DNA of 64,000 bases from Eledone cirrhosa (Eukaryota): positions 120,280,001 to 120,344,000 of the forward strand of contig OZ024745.1 in NCBI GenBank assembly GCA_964016885.1, read 5' to 3'. Positions 55,011 to 64,000 of this stretch are shown piece by piece. Made by a program: the position numbers and the translations under genes. Every line of letters starts with the position of its first letter. Position 1 is the stretch's first letter. A model generated the notes under the pieces. The model was not told where the DNA came from. It saw only the letters and a program-made list of their open reading frames with translations, and did not search any database.

Positions 55011-57333
55011 TTCCCTTGCTTTTATCGAGAATCTAATTGTAATACGTGACGTATTCTATTCTATAGCGATTAGGTCTTCAAAATGTTTATTATAAACATA
55101 CAGAATATTTTCGAATATTCTATGTCTATATTCACATATATATCGCTATTTCAGAGCATTTATTCCAATTTCTAATTTCTGCCGGACCGGCAACCGCTCT
55201 TTCAAACCAGTTCCTGTACACAGCTAAGTATTCTATAAGTCTCTAGCTGTGTCATTCTCGATAAAAGCACTGGATATGTAGTCCTGATGATTTCTAACAA
55301 GAATGAAACGCGTAGATTACTTCCCTTGCTTTTATCGAGAATCTAATTGTAATACGTGACGTATTCTATTCTATAGCGATTAGGTCTTCAAAATGTTTAT
55401 TATAAACATACAGAATATTTTCGAATATTCTATGTCTATATTCACATATATATCGCTATTTCAGAGCATTTATTCCAATTTCTAATTTCTGCCGGACCGG
55501 CAACCGCTCTTTCAAACCAGTTCCTGTACACAGCTAAGTATTCTATAAGTCTCTAGCTGTGTCATTCTCGATAAAAGCACTGGATATGTAGTCCTGATGA
55601 TTTCTAACAAGAATGAAACGCGTAGATTACTTCCCTTGCTTTTATCGAGAATCTAATTGTAATACGTGACGTATTCTATTCTATAGCGATTAGGTCTTCA
55701 AAATGTTTATTATAAACATACAGAATATTTTCGAATATTCTATGTCTATATTCACATATATATCGCTATTTCAGAGCATTTATTCCAATTTCTAATTTCT
55801 GCCGGACCGGCAACCGCTCTTTCAAACCAGTTCCTGTACACAGCTAAGTATTCTATAAGTCTCTAGCTGTGTCATTCTCGATAAAAGCACTGGATATGTA
55901 GTCCTGATGATTTCTAACAAGAATGAAACGCGTAGATTACTTCCCTTGCTTTTATCGAGAATCTAATTGTAATACGTGACGTATTCTATTCTATAGCGAT
56001 TAGGTCTTCAAAATGTTTATTATAAACATACAGAATATTTTCGAATATTCTATGTCTATATTCACATATATATCGCTATTTCAGAGCATTTATTCCAATT
56101 TCTAATTTCTGCCGGACCGGCAACCGCTCTTTCAAACCAGTTCCTGTACACAGCTAAGTATTCTATAAGTCTCTAGCTGTGTCATTCTCGATAAAAGCAC
56201 TGGATATGTAGTCCTGATGATTTCTAACAAGAATGAAACGCGTAGATTACTTCCCTTGCTTTTATCGAGAATCTAATTGTAATACGTGACGTATTCTATT
56301 CTACAGCGATTAGGTCTTCAAAATGTTTATTATAAACATACAGAATATTTTCGAATATTCTATGTCTATATTCACATATATATCGCTATTTCAGAGCATT
56401 TATTCCAATTTCTAATTTCTGCCGGACCGGCAACCGCTCTTTCAAACCAGTTCCTGTACACAGCTAAGTATTCTATAAGTCTCTAGCTGTGTCATTCTCG
56501 ATAAAAGCACTGGATATGTAGTCCTGATGATTTCTAACAAGAATGAAACGCGTAGATTACTTCCCTTGCTTTTATCGAGAATCTAATTGTAATACGTGAC
56601 GTATTCTATTCTATAGCGATTAGGTCTTCAAAATGTTTATTATAAACATACAGAATATTTTCGAATATTCTATGTCTATATTCACATATATATCGCTATT
56701 TCAGAGCATTTATTCCAATTTCTAATTTCTGCCGGACCGGCAACCGCTCTTTCAAACCAGTTCCTGTACACAGCTAAGTATTCTATAAGTCTCTAGCTGT
56801 GTCATTCTCGATAAAAGCACTGGATATGTAGTCCTGATGATTTCTAACAAGAATGAAACGCGTAGATTACTTCCCTTGCTTTTATCGAGAATCTAATTGT
56901 AATACGTGACGTATTCTATTCTATAGCGATTAGGTCTTCAAAATGTTTATTATAAACATACAGAATATTTTCGAATATTCTATGTCTATATTCACATATA
57001 TATCGCTATTTCAGAGCATTTATTCCAATTTCTAATTTCTGCCGGACCGGCAACCGCTCTTTCAAACCAGTTCCTGTACACAGCTAAGTATTCTATAAGT
57101 CTCTAGCTGTGTCATTCTCGATAAAAGCACTGGATATGTAGTCCTGATGATTTCTAACAAGAATGAAACGCGTAGATTACTTCCCTTGCTTTTATCGAGA
57201 ATCTAATTGTAACACGTGACGTATTCTATTCTATAGCGATTAGGTCTTCAAAATGTTTATTATAAACATACAGAATATTTTCGAATATTCTATGTCTATA
57301 TTCACATATATATCGCTATTTCAGAGCATTTAT

Positions 57334-57543
<210 letters not shown>

Positions 57544-57657
57544 TAGAGCTCAAGCCGTTTCGACGGCTATTTCAGTCCAGAAATAGCCGTCGAAACGGCT
57601 TGAGGTCTGCCGTCGGGGTCATACTTTTTTGTGTATATATATATATATATATATGTA

Positions 57658-57786
<129 letters not shown>

Positions 57787-57792
57787 ATGTAT

Positions 57793-57843
<51 letters not shown>

Positions 57844-58234
57844 ATAGTACAGCATATTCGAAGTTCGAGCAGCAGCCAAGCCAACGAATGCCTTCAGCAG
57901 TGCAGCCAAGCACTCGACAAGGTATGGACCTCAGAGTAATGACACACAGTTTAAAGGGCTTTGCAAATTGAAGATAGCGACCGCTAATTCAGCCGCGTGA
58001 TCTGTAGCAACGAAAGAACTGACTAGTGAGAAAAAAATACATACACACACATATATATATATATACACATACACCTATTTGTATATATAACAAAACTGAA
58101 TCGTCATTTCGAAATTATTGAATATCTAAGTGAGGTTTCTATAAATCCGAAATCAACAAAATCCGTGTATACAAGTTAGGTTTCTGGAAGATCGAACAGA
58201 GGATTTACGTTCTCAACAGTATATATAATGGGAT

Positions 58235-58583
58235 ATATGAGAGGGATGAACACATATATAATTATACATGTGTTGCAATTGCAAATGACCAAGTTAGCTA
58301 GGTTGAAAAATACTAATTTAAAACAATATGGTTTGCCTTACTCGATTTAACGTAATAAATCAATAAAAATAACAAACCTATATTGGGCAAATAGCCTGAT
58401 ACCCGGACAGACGTAAATCTGTTGCGCAAGAATTATTAGGTTTGTTATTTTTATTGATTTATTACGTTAAATCGAGTAAGGCAAACCATATTGTTTTAAA
58501 TTAGTATTTTTCAACCTAGCTAACTTGGTCATTTGCAATTGGAACACATGTATACTTGTATCGTGTTCATCCCTCTCATATAT
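58235..58583. repeat. Inverted repeat (arms about 145 bp, spacer about 57 bp), no HHR seen
   Basis: atgagagggatgaacac..aataacaaaccta / taggtttgttatt..gtgttcatccctctcat. Confidence 0.85.
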
Positions 58584-58668
58584 TCAATTGTATTACACGG
58601 CTCGGAAAGATTCCCTTCTTTGAGCTATTTAATTGTAAAAGACTATTTTGAGTTTCTCACTCAATCTA

Positions 58669-58709
<41 letters not shown>

Positions 58710-58799
58710 AAGTTGTTAAACAATATTCAATGATTATGTCAAAGAATGAGTTTTACAGTAGATTGGAAGCACTCAACGGAAAATAATTTGCAGGAGTTA

Positions 58800-60915
58800 T
58801 TAATATTAAAATATAAGTATTAATAAAATAGATGTTCTTTTGATCAATTACATTTTATTATACATATTTCGGATGTACAACAGTACGTCCTCATCAGACA
58901 AAATATAATTGTTTCTACGTTAGGCACAAGGCCAGCAAATTACCCAGTGCATTACTGGTACTTTATTTTATCGACCCCGTAAGGATGAAAGGCAAAGTCA
59001 ACCTCGGCGGGATTTGAACTCAGATCGTAAAGGGACGTAACTATGCTGGAAAGCATGGCGTCCGACCCTCTACCGATACTGCCAATCCACACCCTGAGAT
59101 GTTATATGGTTAAGATTTAATCAAGGTAGTGATTAACCTAAGAGAAGATTTTATTTATATCCCGTCTATGAGAGAATGCGAAAAGGTAATAAATTCATTA
59201 GAGAATGTGTGAGTAAGAAAAACGTTGCATACTGTAACTGTTCTAAAGGTTTTAAAGTGTATGATACTACGATATATCTAGGAGAACGTCTCATGAATCA
59301 TAACAGCCAGTGATAGCCACTGGAAAAGGATTTATAAAGAGGGAAAAATAATTAACAAAAAAAGTGAATTATTCTCTAGTTGCCTCCATAAAGCTACGTC
59401 CACTTTTTTAGCCTCACATAAAACGAGAAAGAAATAAACAATTACACCAAACCAATAACAACTCGTTTACCAGGAATATATAATCAGTAGTAAAAAACAT
59501 TAACGGCCTCTAATATTGCTTTATTTTATAACTATCTATAGAAGACACAACGCTAGAATGAATGACAATATTTCAATTAACAAGCCTAAACTTTGATACA
59601 CACAACATTATTTGTTAACTTTGATCAATACCTTCATTTCTTTATCTCCTTATTTCTACCTTCCTATATATGCTTATAATTTAGTAGTATAATGCCTAAT
59701 CCTTACATATTTATGGAATTTATTTAACTGCGAATTTTTAATACATTTGTGATCTCTTTTAAATTTTAGTTTAATACCCAATCCATAAATTTTTATCAAA
59801 CTTATCTATAACTCTAAATTTTTAGTGAGTTTTTGATCTATTATTTATAGTATAATATAGAATATATTTCTTGTAAATATTTTTACTACACTATGAAATC
59901 TAAAATTTGAGACGAATTCAAACTTATATATAAATGTGGTTTTTTCGTTTTTTTTCGCTGCGCTTTCGATCTCTTATTTACTTATAATATAATTATAATA
60001 TGTATGTAGTTATATATTATATTTTGTATATTTTAAATATACCTACCACATTTCTATATATATGATTCAAATATAGAAAAAATATCCAAATTAAAAATTA
60101 TTATAGACATTATTTTGAACTCTGAATTATCCATACAATATATATGTAGTTATATATTATATTTTATATATTTTTAAATATTGTTAAATATACCTACCAC
60201 ATTTCTATATATATGATTCAAATATAGAGAAAATATCCAAATTAAAAATTATTACAGAATTATTTTGAACTCTGTATTATCCATGCACTCATTGTTTTTC
60301 TTATATATATATATATATGTATTTGAATGTGATACGTTGATAAAATTGTAAGCGTTATCATTTACCTAAAGTATACTACACTAATAATTGTTTCTACTTG
60401 AGGCACAAGGCCAGCAATTGCCCGGTTCATTACTGGTAAATGCCTAATATATATCTATATATACACATCCATATATCTAATAATATGTAGGTATATATTT
60501 ATCCTTAACATCCTTCAATATATTATCTTATTTTATTTTTATATTCGTCGTTATTATTTACCTCAAACATACTGGATCATTAATATATACCTATATACAT
60601 AATAGTTATTTAAATATTTATAACAATAAATACCTCAAAAGCTTTACATACCTAATATGTTGGTATATTTGTTAAAGTTTGAATTTAGGTAAATAATCAA
60701 CAGTATATTATTTCATCCTTTATGTGCCAGCTAAATCCCTTAAATGTTACTCTTAAGATTCAGAAATATAGAAATAACACACTTATCGAATTTATATAAA
60801 TAATATATAAATAACCAGCAAATAATCCTTAAATCTGGAGTCTTTACACTAATATTATGAATTAAATATTTTCAAATTTAACCGTTTAACTTTCGAAAAA
60901 ACCTCCTTCTACATA

Positions 60916-60949
<34 letters not shown>

Positions 60950-61332
60950 ACACTTTATTTTTCCCTCTTTATAAATCCTTTTCCAGTGGCTATCACTGGC
61001 TGTTATGATACATGAGACGTTTTCCTAGATATATCGTAGTATCATACACTTTAAAACCTTTAGAACAGTTACAGTAAGCAACGTTTTTCTTACTCACACA
61101 TTCTCTAATGAATTTATTACGTTTTCGCATTCTCTCATAGACGGGATATAAATAAAATCTTCTCTTAGGTTAATCACTACCTTGATTAAATCTTAACCAT
61201 ATAACATCTCAGGGTATGTCATGTATCATTATATTTTGTCTGATGAGGACGTACTGTTGTACATCCGAAATATGTATAATAAAATGTAATTGATAAAAAG
61301 AACATCTATTTTATTAATACTTATATTTTAAT
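58800..61332. mobile_element. Large head-to-head element: inverted arms 58800-59350 and 60957-61332, one HHR per arm
   Basis: Arms are near-identical inverses. Plus-strand HHR 61234-61284: ttttgt-CTGATGA-ggacgtac tgtt gtacatcc-GAAA-tatgta-TA-ataaaa; mirror at 58853-58903. AT-rich 1.6-kb spacer with an internal duplication of about 145 bp. Confidence 0.8.
58907..59092 (-). mobile_element. tRNA-derived SINE inserted in the left arm
   Basis: Consensus match; absent from the right arm. Confidence 0.9.
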
Positions 61333-61346
61333 ATATATATATATAT

Positions 61347-61929
61347 ATTTATTAAAATAACAGATTAAAGTTTAAGCAAAGAATCGCTGCTTTCGCCTTA
61401 ACGGGATCTTCTGAAACTAACAAAGTCAATCTGTGAACGCAGAAGTGAATATTTCAAAAAACGTTGCAACCGGAGGAAGACAGGAAGACGATACTTTGGT
61501 TCGTGGAAACGTTCCCTGGCAAAGAACGGGAAAAACCGAATATAATACGTCATTATTTGGAGCGGTGAAAAACAATTACACGCAAAGACAAAACCACGTT
61601 TATGGTATAAAAGAAGTCGTAGACTAATATTCTATTAGGTGGTTTATAGAGACGTTCTCTGGCAATGAACGTAAAAAACGAAGATAATACGTCATATGTG
61701 AAGCGTGGAGAACAATTGCACGCAAAGAAAAAACCACGTAAATGGTATAACTGAAGTCGTAGACTAAAATTCTAACTAGGAAACCCAATGATTCTCGGCT
61801 TCAGAGTTAAGAATAAAGTAAATAAAATACAGAGGTAATTGAAATTAATTAAATATATACACGCATCCATATACGTACATACACAAGCATACGCGAACAC
61901 ACTCGCCATAGGTATACAAATACACGCAC

Positions 61930-61962
<33 letters not shown>

Positions 61963-62830
61963 CGTGTATACAAATAATTAGATAAACGTATATAAATAAA
62001 TAAATACGTATATAACAAGCGCACACACATACCTACATGTAAATACACATATGTTCGGAGACGTACGTCAACCAAAACACGAAATACACATATACACACA
62101 CCCTACATACGTACGAATCTACATACTCATGCAGACGCAAAACTCACGTATACACATAACCAAAAGCATATGTACCAGAATATATAAAAATATACGCCAT
62201 AACATAAACAATCAAATATACGTACGAGAAAGTATACGTACCTTCACAAAACATACAGGTAATATATACTTACCTATACAAATAAGTAATGGTATAAACA
62301 TAACATATACTTAGCTACCACATCAAGACGTAAAATATCCGCGTATAGATCGTACTATCCGTTAGGGTATAATGTTTGGCTGTAATACAGGAAAGTTTTG
62401 TGCAATTTATGTTTACAAGCCGAAATTGCCTCAGATCTTTTGTTTAAGATGTGGTCTTTGGCGTAGAGTATTACCAGGGCCTCAGCGCCGCAGAGGTCAC
62501 ATGGTCTTTTATTTCCGTTATACGATCTAGCCTTAGCTACGATCTCCCAGTGTAACTTATATTGCGTGTGGTTGTCTTTTAGACTCCAGATATAAGCTGA
62601 AAGTGACGTCATATTCCTTCTTAAAGGGTAAAGAAAAGAATGGGTATGCATGTAAAGACGCTGCTTGAATCTATTAGCGATTAACCCTATGTAGACCCTA
62701 CGGGACGTGGGTGTTTCAACCTTACATTTGTAGACAATGTTACTAGAGAGGCATTTCCCGGATAGGGGGCAGTCACCCCGATTCCTACAATTACAGTTAG
62801 TACTAACTACAGGGTTGCACGTGTTCCTAC
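61347..62830 (-). mobile_element. 5'-truncated copy of the 33.8-37 kb PLE (open GIY-YIG frame plus 3' UTR)
   Basis: [57 protein letters not shown], stop at 62355; (TA)n on both flanks. Confidence 0.92.
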
Positions 62831-62854
62831 ATGTATGTATGTATATATGTATAC

Positions 62855-62932
<78 letters not shown>

Positions 62933-63219
62933 TCCGACATAGCATGATTCATACGTGACTGAAGTTATATATTGAATAATATACAAAATGTTCATGTATA
63001 TAAACATTAAATAAAACCAGCCAGCTTTTACTCTGTATGCGAATGAGCTTCATCAATCGATGTTCATAAAAAGGAATACTATAAGATTTTAGCTTCTTTA
63101 TGTCTGAGAAGACGATTAAAGAACCAGAAACGACCGTTAGGATGTTTTGTCTTGGGTGCCAAGACCAGCGGTGAATTTCACCACTCTTAAAATTCATAGC
63201 AAGGCGGTAATATTGTCTA

Positions 63220-63401
63220 TCTATACATATATATAAAACTGAAATTGTCTATCTGTGTGTCCTAAGTGTTGCAAAGTCTATACAAATCTACATTTCTACT
63301 CCGATTAACTTCAAACTTGCATTTATATATTCCTTGCTGTCTAAAGATATTAACTGCAGCTTTTATTTTTTAATTTTCTGTTGTTAAAGGGTGTTAGGCG
63401 C

Positions 63402-63492
<91 letters not shown>

Positions 63493-63800
63493 CTTTCTTA
63501 GTCTGTCTTTTTGGATAGATACATAGCTATAACGCCGCGCCCTTATAATATCTGTCTGTATGTATGATTGTCTGCATTACGACAAACGTTTTTCTCATTG
63601 GTGACGTATTATCTTCGTTATTTTCCGTTCAGGGAACGTCTTTACGAACCAAAGTATCGTCTTCCTGCTTTCCTTTGGTTGCGACATTTTTCGAAATATT
63701 TACTTCTGCTTTCACAGATTGATTTTTTAGTTTCAGAAGATCCCGTTAAGGGCGAAAGCAGTGATTCTTTGCTTAAACTTTAATCTGTTATTTTAATATA

Positions 63801-63844
<44 letters not shown>

Positions 63845-63915
63845 TATATTCGTGTACAGATATTTTTGCATACACAAAAACAAAATTTAAACAAACTTAT
63901 TTATTTCACGAAAGC
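63220..63915 (+). mobile_element. Helitron-like element with (CT)n and an embedded PLE 3' terminus
   Basis: 5' tctatacatatatataaaactg; homologous to 40745-41150 (-); HHR-like motif at 63729-63779. Confidence 0.6.
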
Positions 63916-64000
63916 ACAGACGGCTTATCGTCATTGTTACTGCCGATGTGCCACCCAAAATATCCCACTACTTTTGGCACAAGGCCACCAATTACATAGT

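Overview
AT-rich, repeat-saturated animal genomic DNA. The SINE family and the extreme (TA)n/(CA)n load suggest a coleoid cephalopod such as octopus (inference). No host protein-coding exon could be supported; nearly all ORF-track entries are microsatellite artefacts. The window contains: (1) about 20 copies of one tRNA-derived SINE; (2) Penelope-like retroelements (PLEs; RT plus C-terminal GIY-YIG) of at least three lineages, including a near-complete frameshifted copy at 33.8-37.0 kb; (3) a 5'-truncated RTE-clade LINE with an intact 429-aa RT ORF, plus CRE-like, R4/Dong-like and Gypsy fragments; (4) non-autonomous Helitrons, MITEs and a 5S rRNA copy. The main unexplained signal is a dense set of hammerhead ribozyme (HHR) motifs, about 13 distinct sequence families and more than 30 copies, almost all in short modules inserted in (TA)n as head-to-head palindromes. 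The centrepiece is a 4.25-kb array (53091-57338) of near-identical 310-bp units. Each unit carries a minimal HHR and is mostly predicted hairpin. The array has about 5.4 units on the minus strand joined head-to-head to about 8.3 units on the plus strand, and the junction lies 3 nt from the predicted self-cleavage site. This looks like a recently integrated retrozyme or viroid-like circular-RNA concatemer. A diverged sister family at 4075-4712 has a co-varying U3-A8 hammerhead. All folds were read by eye and none was computed.
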